NCBI GenBank assembly: GCA_038326365.1
Contig: JBBQJY010000003.1
Coordinates: forward strand, 1-52,665
From: Candidatus Curtissbacteria bacterium
Lineage (GTDB): Bacteria > Patescibacteriota > Microgenomatia > Curtissbacterales > GWA2-41-24
Direction of reading: 5' to 3'
Length of the DNA: 52,665 nucleotides
In this document: in pieces, positions 45,508-52,665 of the stretch
How the letters are laid out: every line of letters begins with the position of its first letter
How positions within the stretch are numbered: the stretch's first letter is position 1
Notes under the pieces: generated by a model
What the model was told of the DNA's origin: nothing
The model's database searches: none
What the model saw: the letters and a program-made list of their open reading frames with translations, nothing else
Translations under genes and position numbers: made by a program

Positions 45508-47142
45508 GTGAGAAAGACACTTTTTGAAAAAATAGACTTTTTAACTTTTGGCCTGTTCGGCTTTCTTTTTTTGCATTTTGCAAAAGAAATGTTGCAAGTA
45601 AGGCCTGACGGTTGGTACGTAGGACAGGTTAATCTGTATGGAGATTTAGTTTTTCACCTAAGTTTAATCAACAAGTTTTTAGCAAGTGGAATAAATATCG
45701 ATAGTCCTATTTATGCCGGTGACAAAATAAATTACCCTATCATCGCAGATTTCTTGACTGCTCAAGTTTCAAGGGTATTCGGTATTGATTTTGCATTATT
45801 TATAGTCACCCTCGTAGTTGGAGTGCTGACTTTGATAGTATCGAGGCTATTTGTATTGAAATTTGTAAAAGACAAAAAAGTTGTTTTTTTAGCATTCTTG
45901 CTTTTCTTTCTGAATGGGGGCGTCGGCTTCTATTATTTTCTACAGGATTTTTTAATATCTAAAAAATCTATTGCTGATTTTCTTTATGCAATACCCCGGC
46001 AGTATACAGATATAAAAGAAATAGGTTATTGGTGGATTAATTCGTATCTGGCCTATTTTCTACCCCAACGAGCTTTCCTTTTTGCTTTCCCGATAACATT
46101 GATAATTTTGCTTATGCTTTATCTTGGCAGTAAAACAAATAACCTGTTTCACTTCGCCATAGCAGGTATCATGGCTGGTACTTTACCTTTAGTCCAGGCG
46201 CACAGTCTATTGGTACTCTTTCTGCTTTCTGTATTATATTTTCCGATCAACTTGATTTTTGGTAAAGAAAAGAAAAGAATAATTGTAAATTGGGCATTAT
46301 TTGGTTTTCTAACAATTATTATTTCATATCCATTATTCGGCGTTATTTCCTCTGTCGGCAGTCCGCTCAAATACATAAGATTTGCGCCAGGCTGGACAAG
46401 CAAAGAAAATCTGATTTGGTTTTGGTTTAAAAACCTTGGGTTTTTTGCACCTACTTTAATTGCCGCAGTTATTTGGCTATTTAGGAATAAAAAGCTTTTC
46501 ATTTTATATATTCCCTTTTTGTTTATATTCGTAATGAGCAATATCTTTGTTTTTCAACCCTGGGAGTTTGATAATAGTAAATTATTGATTTACTGGTATT
46601 TTGCTTCCTGCATAGTAGTTGCTTACTTTTTACGTGAAGTATTATTTAAATCAAATATATTTGCCAAAACACTAGGTTTACTATTAGTTTTTCTCATGAT
46701 ATTTGCAGGTTCCATCGATGTGATTCGCACATTCACACCAATTAGCTCTTATCAAATTTTCTCAAAGGAAGATTTACAAGTCGCCCAAGAGGTTCAAAGA
46801 CTAACGCCTAAAAACTCTGTATTTGTAACGTCTACCAATCATAATCATCCTATCCCTGCTCTTTCTGGCAGATCAACACTTCTAGGTTTCCCTGGTTGGG
46901 TTTGGAGCCATGGAACGGATTATTTGCCAAGACAAGCAGATGTCGTGAATATTTATCAGGGTGGTGACCAAGCAGAGGTTCTAATCAAGAAGTATCATTT
47001 AAATTTTGTCACTTTGGGGCCACAAGAAAAGGTTGAATATAGTGTTAATTTAAGTTATTTTGATCAATACCCTAAAGTCGCATTGAATAGTGACTGGATT
47101 TTATATGACGTTAGTTCTCTTTGGTCCAACGGCAACAGGTAA
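45508..47142 (+). CDS. Polytopic GT-C-like membrane protein, probable glycosyltransferase
   Basis: YGDLVFHL, NYP, LPQRAFLF, ~12 hydrophobic segments, C-terminal soluble domain with GRSTLLGFPGWVWSHG; start set at GTG 45508. Confidence 0.7.
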   Translation: MRKTLFEKIDFLTFGLFGFLFLHFAKEMLQVRPDGWYVGQVNLYGDLVFHLSLINKFLASGINIDSPIYAGDKINYPIIADFLTAQVSRVFGIDFALFIVTLVVGVLTLIVSRLFVLKFVKDKKVVFLAFLLFFLNGGVGFYYFLQDFLISKKSIADFLYAIPRQYTDIKEIGYWWINSYLAYFLPQRAFLFAFPITLIILLMLYLGSKTNNLFHFAIAGIMAGTLPLVQAHSLLVLFLLSVLYFPINLIFGKEKKRIIVNWALFGFLTIIISYPLFGVISSVGSPLKYIRFAPGWTSKENLIWFWFKNLGFFAPTLIAAVIWLFRNKKLFILYIPFLFIFVMSNIFVFQPWEFDNSKLLIYWYFASCIVVAYFLREVLFKSNIFAKTLGLLLVFLMIFAGSIDVIRTFTPISSYQIFSKEDLQVAQEVQRLTPKNSVFVTSTNHNHPIPALSGRSTLLGFPGWVWSHGTDYLPRQADVVNIYQGGDQAEVLIKKYHLNFVTLGPQEKVEYSVNLSYFDQYPKVALNSDWILYDVSSLWSNGNR

Positions 47143-48043
47143 AACAGCGCTTGCATTAAAAATTGCAAGAAAGTACAACGGAGAATTAATATCTGCGGAT
47201 TCTCGTCAAGTTTACAAAAATTTAGACATCGGCTCGGGAAAAATTCCTCCAGATTCATTTGTTAAAAAATACAACGGCTACTGGATAGTTAATGGGATAA
47301 GAATAAACGGTTACGATTTATTAAATCCCGAAGAGCAATTTTCTTCTTCAGACTTTGTAAACTTCGCATCAAATAAAATTAAAGAATTGAAAAAAATAAA
47401 GAAATTGCCGATTGTAGTTGGTGGAACAGGTTTTTATATTAAGTCACTAGTATCTAATCCTGAAACACTGGGAATTGTGCCCAATGCAAAATTAAGAGAT
47501 AGCCTTAAAAACATTGACGCGGCTCATTTGTATCAAAAGCTGCAGCTGCTTGCACCAGGTAAGGCCAAATCCCTAAACGATTCAGACAGAAAAAACCCCC
47601 GAAGACTAATAAGAGCAATAGAGGTAGAGGAATATAAAAAAAAATCAGTAACAAAAAATCGAAATTATAATATTAATGATAAGTACTTAATCTTGGGTTT
47701 AACTGCTCCAAATGATTTTCTTTATAAAAAGGTCGACACCTGGCTCGATTACCGACAAATAAATGGGCTAAATGATGAAGTGAGAAAATTACTTAAAAAC
47801 GGTGTGAGCTCAGGATGGCTTACTCGTCTGGGACTAGAATACAAATGGGCCACACTATCAGTTATGGGTGAAATCCCGCAAGTGGAGTCCTCAATGAGGT
47901 TGAAAGGGGATATACATTCATATGTCCGGCGACAAAAAACCTTTTTTAAACAATTTAAAGAAATTAAGCTCTACGACATAACCGTCAAAAATTACGAAGA
48001 AAAAATATTTGGTGAGGTAAAAAGTCTTTCGGGAAGCGAGTAA
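47105..48043 (+). CDS. miaA: tRNA dimethylallyltransferase
   Basis: GPTATGKT, SADSRQVYKNLDIGSGK, VVGGTGFYI, RRLIRAIEV, YVRRQKTFF; start ATG 47105. Confidence 0.97.
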   Translation: MTLVLFGPTATGKTALALKIARKYNGELISADSRQVYKNLDIGSGKIPPDSFVKKYNGYWIVNGIRINGYDLLNPEEQFSSSDFVNFASNKIKELKKIKKLPIVVGGTGFYIKSLVSNPETLGIVPNAKLRDSLKNIDAAHLYQKLQLLAPGKAKSLNDSDRKNPRRLIRAIEVEEYKKKSVTKNRNYNINDKYLILGLTAPNDFLYKKVDTWLDYRQINGLNDEVRKLLKNGVSSGWLTRLGLEYKWATLSVMGEIPQVESSMRLKGDIHSYVRRQKTFFKQFKEIKLYDITVKNYEEKIFGEVKSLSGSE

Positions 48044-48383
48044 GCCAGATTCTGTTTTTAGCGATTATCTATCTCTAAAAGATGTAACTATCAATTAGCC
48101 CCGCTTTAGGCGGGATGCCCCTACTCAGAACCTTCTGGAAACTAGTCATCGGTCCTTTTTTGGGTTGCAGCAAGTGGGATTGCCCGTTTCACTACCGCTC
48201 GTCTCTGTTGCTCTCAGGTTCTGTTAATTCATAACCTGTTTTAAACTCCGCATGCGGTTAAAGAGTTTAAACACCAGCAATTACTTGTCGGAGCTTACGC
48301 TCCATCCCTTGTTTCCTGCTGTCTGGACTTTCCTCCCACCAATATAAAAATGTTGGCGGGCAACCGCCCTTCTTCCCGAAAGA
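48025..48383 (-). ncRNA. rnpB: RNase P RNA
   Basis: Minus strand GAGGAAAGTCC (48335-48325) and ACAGAATCTGGCTTA (48055-48041) forming P4; 12-bp P1 from 48025-48036 with 48372-48383. Confidence 0.95.
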
Positions 48384-48389
48384 GCACAA

Positions 48390-48398
48390 ATTATACCA
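48390..48398 (-). promoter_or_regulatory. Extended -10 promoter for rnpB
   Basis: Minus strand TGgTATAAT, 6 nt before the P1 5-prime end. Confidence 0.7.
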
Positions 48399-48459
48399 AA
48401 AATAGGTATAAAACAAAAATACATTTGACTAAAATACCCAAAAGTGCCATAAATTAGTT

Positions 48460-48669
48460 GTGGCGAAAAAAGGATTCAAATCAAAACTTCGACCTTCAAA
48501 AAGTACGACCATCTCACAGATTTTGATTGGTTTAACCTTAGTTGCTACAATTGTAGCCGCCATCGAAGCAGTCCTACAGATAGATTTTACTGGTTTGGCT
48601 CCAACTCAGCTTTTTTTGGTTGCAGGAGTGCTGGGTATATTGGGAATTTATCTCAAAGACGAGAGATAA
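48460..48669 (+). CDS. Small two-TM membrane protein
   Basis: 69 aa, basic N-terminus and two hydrophobic helices; GTG start; TTGACT at 48425 upstream. Confidence 0.7.
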   Translation: MAKKGFKSKLRPSKSTTISQILIGLTLVATIVAAIEAVLQIDFTGLAPTQLFLVAGVLGILGIYLKDER

Positions 48670-48671
48670 CC

Positions 48672-48700
48672 TTGACATTGCTGTCTTTCGCGACTATATT
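48672..48700 (+). promoter_or_regulatory. Sigma70-type promoter for the pur operon
   Basis: TTGACA (48672-48677), 17 nt, TATATT (48695-48700). Confidence 0.75.
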
Positions 48701-48720
48701 TACCAAAACTGCTTTGCCTG

Positions 48721-49422
48721 ATGCTACAAAAAGCACGAAATAAGGCTTCCATTGTTGTCCTTATTGGTGGCGGCTCAAAACTTCCCAATCTGATCAAAAA
48801 GTCGAAAGCTCCTGACAGTAAATTCAAAATCTCGTTAGTACTTTCTCACAAAAAAACATCGCCCGGAATAGAACTAGCACTGAGAAATAACATACCAGCC
48901 GTTTTTTTTAATTTGCCAGATTTTCGTAAGCGCTTTTCAAATGGATCAGATTCAGCCCGCAAGGAATATTCAAAGCATTTGGGATGGTTCATTTCTCAAA
49001 GAGAATATTATCCGGACTTATTGGTTTTTGTGGGTTGGGATTTGATAATGGATGATAGCTTCTTCCAGTTTTTCAAAAACTCAAAAATTGGCAATGGTTT
49101 TGCGGCTATCAACTTGCACCCAGCGCTCATGACGCAAAGTCCTGAGAAAGATAAAGTATTGCTTCCGGACGGGTCTCAAATTCCAGTTATCAAAGGCGAA
49201 CAACAAATGGTTTTAGAATCTGTTTTAAAACAAAAACACACATATTTTGGCCCCAGTGTCCATTTTATGAATCCAAAAAATTATGATTCCGGAATAGTAG
49301 TTAAGCGCCAGTTCATCAAAGTCAGCAATGCCAAAACAGTTGATGGTTTAAGAAAAAAACTTATGCCAGTAGAAGACAAGATATTAATAGATTCCATAAG
49401 CGAGGTAATTAAAAAATTATGA
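48721..49422 (+). CDS. purN: Phosphoribosylglycinamide formyltransferase
   Basis: VLIGGGSKL, LVFVGWDLIM, INLHPAL (catalytic Asn/His), GPSVHFM...YDSG. Confidence 0.88.
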   Translation: MLQKARNKASIVVLIGGGSKLPNLIKKSKAPDSKFKISLVLSHKKTSPGIELALRNNIPAVFFNLPDFRKRFSNGSDSARKEYSKHLGWFISQREYYPDLLVFVGWDLIMDDSFFQFFKNSKIGNGFAAINLHPALMTQSPEKDKVLLPDGSQIPVIKGEQQMVLESVLKQKHTYFGPSVHFMNPKNYDSGIVVKRQFIKVSNAKTVDGLRKKLMPVEDKILIDSISEVIKKL

Positions 49423-50699
49423 GGGTAATGATAATTGATGGAGGGGGTAGAGGTTCAGCCCTAGCCGCTGTTTACGCAAAAAGCAAGCAAGTTACAGAAA
49501 TCAGCGCTGTGCCGGGAAACGACTTTATGAAGTACGCTCAAAGCGTTACAACATTTCCAAAATTAAAGACTACGGACACAAAAGATATTATAAAAATAGC
49601 AAAAAATCTTAAAATAGATCTGGTTGATGTCGCGCAAGACGATGCAGTAGCCGCTGGCTTGGTCGATCTTCTTAAAAAAAACAAAATAAAAGCTTTCGGA
49701 CCAACAAAAGCTGCCGGGCAAATTGAATGGGATAAAGCCTGGAGCAGAAATTTTATGGAAAAGTTCGACTTGCCATCGCCAGCTTATGTTGTTTGCAAAT
49801 CTCAAAAGGAAGGGCTTGATTTTATCAACAAACAAAAAGAATCGAAATGGTTCGTAAAAGCAGCCGGTTTAGCAGCCGGTAAGGGAGCAATTTTTGCAAA
49901 GAATGAAGAGGAGGCCAAAAAGGCAATTTATAAAATGAAACAATTTGCAAAAGCAGGTGAGACTTTCTTGATTGAACAATGTCTTGAAGGAGAAGAATTT
50001 TCAGCATTTGCAATCTGTGCAAAAGATAAATTTGAAATCGTCGGTTATGCCCAAGACCATAAGAGAGTTTTTGATGGAGATTTAGGACCGAATACGGGAG
50101 GAATGGGTTGCTCTTCTCCCCCCAAAATTGTCACAAAAAATATTGATAAACAAGTTAAACAAATAGTAAGAAAAACAATTAAAGGACTTGTTTCGCTCAA
50201 ACGACCATATGTCGGTATTCTATATTTAGGGGCAATGGTGGATAGAAATGACAAAGTATGGATAATAGAGTTTAACGCAAGGTGGGGAGATCCCGAGGCT
50301 CAAGTTATCCTGCCTGGCATAAAAAACAATTATTTTGAACTTGTAAATGAATTGTTAAAAAATAATGTGCACAGGATAAAAAATGATAACAAGCACAGAA
50401 TAGTCGTGGCGGCCACCTCCAAAGGATATCCCGATTCTTATTCAAAAGTTATTGGGAAACCGATTTTAGGTTTCGATAAGATATTGAAATCAAAAGTTAG
50501 CATATTTGGAGCAGCGATTAAAAAGTCTGGTCAAAAGTGGACAGCCAACGGTGGAAGGCTATTTTATCTTATGGCAGAAGGAAAAAGTATTAAAGAGTCT
50601 TCAAAAATGGCTTACTTAGCGCTCAATAACATGTCTAGTCCCGGGAAAAATCTTCACTATCGAAAAGATATTGGTTGGCGCGATTTAAAAAGAAAATGA
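49419..50699 (+). CDS. purD: Phosphoribosylamine--glycine ligase
   Basis: GGRGSAL, FGPTKAAGQIEWDKAWS, VKAAGLAAGKG, GPNTGGMG, EFNARWGDPEAQ. Confidence 0.97.
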   Translation: MRVMIIDGGGRGSALAAVYAKSKQVTEISAVPGNDFMKYAQSVTTFPKLKTTDTKDIIKIAKNLKIDLVDVAQDDAVAAGLVDLLKKNKIKAFGPTKAAGQIEWDKAWSRNFMEKFDLPSPAYVVCKSQKEGLDFINKQKESKWFVKAAGLAAGKGAIFAKNEEEAKKAIYKMKQFAKAGETFLIEQCLEGEEFSAFAICAKDKFEIVGYAQDHKRVFDGDLGPNTGGMGCSSPPKIVTKNIDKQVKQIVRKTIKGLVSLKRPYVGILYLGAMVDRNDKVWIIEFNARWGDPEAQVILPGIKNNYFELVNELLKNNVHRIKNDNKHRIVVAATSKGYPDSYSKVIGKPILGFDKILKSKVSIFGAAIKKSGQKWTANGGRLFYLMAEGKSIKESSKMAYLALNNMSSPGKNLHYRKDIGWRDLKRK

Positions 50700-52665
50700 T
50701 TACTACTCTTAAAGTTATTTCAAAAGTGGGAAGCGACCCCAAAGGCCAGGATCTTTTAGTCGAGATTCAAAGAACCTTAGGAATTCGATCAATTGAAAAA
50801 ATAAGAACCGCAAAAATTTACCGATTAGAAGGTGTCAGCAAAGAACAGGCCCACCAATTTGCCAAAGTTGCACTTTACGAGTCTATTGACCAAGAGTTAT
50901 GCACAAATGATCCATTTCCTGGTGCTGACCAAAAGATAGAGGTGTCTTATAAGCCAGGTGTTATGAATCCCGAAGTGGCATCCATTATTAAAATAGCAAA
51001 AGATTTAAAAGTTCACCTCAAAGCTGCAGATACCTCTACTGAGTATGCATTTTTTGGAAACATCTCGAAAGAAAAAATCAAAGAAATTGTAAATGGCTTA
51101 CTTGTCAATGACACGGTAGAACAAATAGTAGAAAAAGAGCCCAAGACACTAATAATCTCAGGTAAAAAAGTAAAAACAAAGACAATACCAATTCGAAGCG
51201 CAACAGATGGAGAGCTTTTAAAGCTCTCCGGGGACAATCTTTTTCTAAATCTAGAAGAAATGAAAGTAATACAGAACTATTTTAAAAAAATTAATCGCGA
51301 TCCGACAGATTGTGAGTTAGAAATATTAGCCCTCACCTGGTCGGAGCACTGTGGGCATAAAACTTTCAGAGCTAATTTAACAATAGACGGTATTAAAAAA
51401 GAGTCTTTAATTTCCAGAATTAAAAAAACCGCGAAATACAATAAAAATATTATAGTTTCGGCTTTCGTAGATAACTCAGGTGTAATTGAGTTTGACCAAA
51501 AATGGGCAATCAACGGCAAAGTGGAGACGCACAACAGCCCTTCGGCGATCGAACCTTATGGCGGGGCAATGACCGGCTCGGGCGGAGTATTCCGGGATAT
51601 TTTAGGAACAGGCCAAGGGGCAAAACCAATCATATCCACCGATATTTTTTGTTTCGCACCACCAAATATGTCTCAAAAATTAGTGCCACCTGGTTGCCTT
51701 GCGCCGAGTTATCTGCTCAGAAAAGTTGTCTACGGAGTTAGGGATTACGGCAATAGAGTTGGTATACCAACCAATAACGGATCAATCCATTTTCATAACG
51801 ATTTTCGTGCCAAACCGACTGTTGCAGTTGGGGCATATGGACTAATTGAAAAGAAAAAAGCCAAATTTTTAAAACCTAAGCCAAACGATCTAATTTTTAC
51901 GCTTGGCGGTAGAACAGGTCGAGACGGAGTTCATGGGGCTACCTTTGCATCTGGCGAAATGACTCATCAGACAATCAACACTTCCGGCTCTCGTGTCCAA
52001 ATAGGCAATGCGATCGAGGAAAAAAGAGTTATCGACCTATTACTTCATCTATCAAAGCTGAATTTAATTAGCGCCATGACCGATTGTGGTGCTGGAGGCT
52101 ATTGTTCTGCAATTGGAGAAAAAACTAAGGAGACAGGCGCAGTTGTTAATTTGGAAAAAGTTTTACTTAAATATCAAAATCTTGCTCCCTGGGAAATATT
52201 CTTGTCTGAGTCTCAAGAAAGAATGGTGATTACAGCAAAGCCAAGAGATGCAAAGAAAATTAACGATATAGCCAAAATTTATAACGTCGAGGTAACTGTG
52301 ATTGGCAAAGTGACAGACAATAAGAAGTTGGTTGTGAAATATAAAAACGAAACAGTTGCAGACCTAGCCATGAATTTTATTCATGAAGGTTTGCCACAAA
52401 GACATATGATGGGGAGGTCCTTGAAAAGAAAAATTATCACTCGAAATCCACAAGCACCGAACAAAATTGAAAATGTTCTCCTTAAAGTTCTGGCAAATCT
52501 CAATGTCGCCTCAAAAGAACCAATAATTAGAATGTACGATCACAACGTTCAGGGTACGAATGCACTCCACCCATTTGGTGGAGTTAATTATGATGGACCA
52601 AACGATGGTGCAATTGTCAAAACTGACTTAACTAAGGGCGCAGGTTTAGCAACCGCACATGGCCT
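50696..52665 (+). CDS. purL: Phosphoribosylformylglycinamidine synthase PurL with N-terminal PurS-like region (partial, runs off the window)
   Basis: Absent from the ORF track because no stop falls inside the window; in frame from ATG 50696: TWSEHCGHKTF, KVETHNSPSAIEPYGGAMTG, GGRTGRDGVHGATFAS, DCGAGG, SESQERM. Confidence 0.95.
   Translation, partial: MITTLKVISKVGSDPKGQDLLVEIQRTLGIRSIEKIRTAKIYRLEGVSKEQAHQFAKVALYESIDQELCTNDPFPGADQKIEVSYKPGVMNPEVASIIKIAKDLKVHLKAADTSTEYAFFGNISKEKIKEIVNGLLVNDTVEQIVEKEPKTLIISGKKVKTKTIPIRSATDGELLKLSGDNLFLNLEEMKVIQNYFKKINRDPTDCELEILALTWSEHCGHKTFRANLTIDGIKKESLISRIKKTAKYNKNIIVSAFVDNSGVIEFDQKWAINGKVETHNSPSAIEPYGGAMTGSGGVFRDILGTGQGAKPIISTDIFCFAPPNMSQKLVPPGCLAPSYLLRKVVYGVRDYGNRVGIPTNNGSIHFHNDFRAKPTVAVGAYGLIEKKKAKFLKPKPNDLIFTLGGRTGRDGVHGATFASGEMTHQTINTSGSRVQIGNAIEEKRVIDLLLHLSKLNLISAMTDCGAGGYCSAIGEKTKETGAVVNLEKVLLKYQNLAPWEIFLSESQERMVITAKPRDAKKINDIAKIYNVEVTVIGKVTDNKKLVVKYKNETVADLAMNFIHEGLPQRHMMGRSLKRKIITRNPQAPNKIENVLLKVLANLNVASKEPIIRMYDHNVQGTNALHPFGGVNYDGPNDGAIVKTDLTKGAGLATAHG

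Noticed and set aside
51526-51545. PurL HNSPS instead of HNHPS as an inactivating change
   Set aside because: By comparison with Thermotoga PurL from memory, the catalytic His is the first one, which is retained together with SEH
441-51741. Many 60-165-aa ORFs in the track that overlap known genes in antisense or shifted frames
   Set aside because: They lie entirely within well-supported conserved genes, show no motifs, and are expected shadow ORFs
1-52665. Alternative genetic code 25 (TGA = Gly) as in Gracilibacteria/Absconditabacteria
   Set aside because: Conserved genes (rplD, secY, rpoB, purD, rpoA) end at TGA at the expected lengths and have no in-frame TGA

Overview
A core chromosomal segment of a Candidate Phyla Radiation (Patescibacteria) bacterium. 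Microgenomates-like affinity is an inference from the missing rpmD/uL30, the trimmed enzymes and the gene set; genetic code 11 fits, since TGA is used as a stop. In order: NUDIX hydrolase, shortened alaS, a cell-envelope block (Pro-rich membrane protein, actin-like/TM/baseplate-J-like protein, sortase, polysaccharide deacetylase), a decayed LOG gene, ruvX, a small Zn-ribbon protein and mltG. Then a ~330-bp internally deleted IS1595-type element, a structured 170-nt leader, rpoBC, and the str operon with an inserted Gre-like coiled-coil mini-gene. The S10-spc-alpha ribosomal cluster follows, with many low-complexity terminal extensions, then rplM-rpsI, tRNA-Pro(GGG), recA-recX-rny, HU, dgkA and miaB. 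The window ends with a divergent pair of GT-C glycosyltransferases, miaA, RNase P RNA on the minus strand and purN-purD-purL (purL runs off the end). No CRISPR array, rRNA, intein or prophage was seen. Best leads: the C-domain-less Gre mini-protein in the str operon, the actin-like/baseplate-J plus sortase module, the anchor-less RNase Y with a His-to-Ala metal-ligand change, and candidate RNA leaders before rpoB and rplC. All calls come from reading the sequence by eye; no database search or folding program was run.
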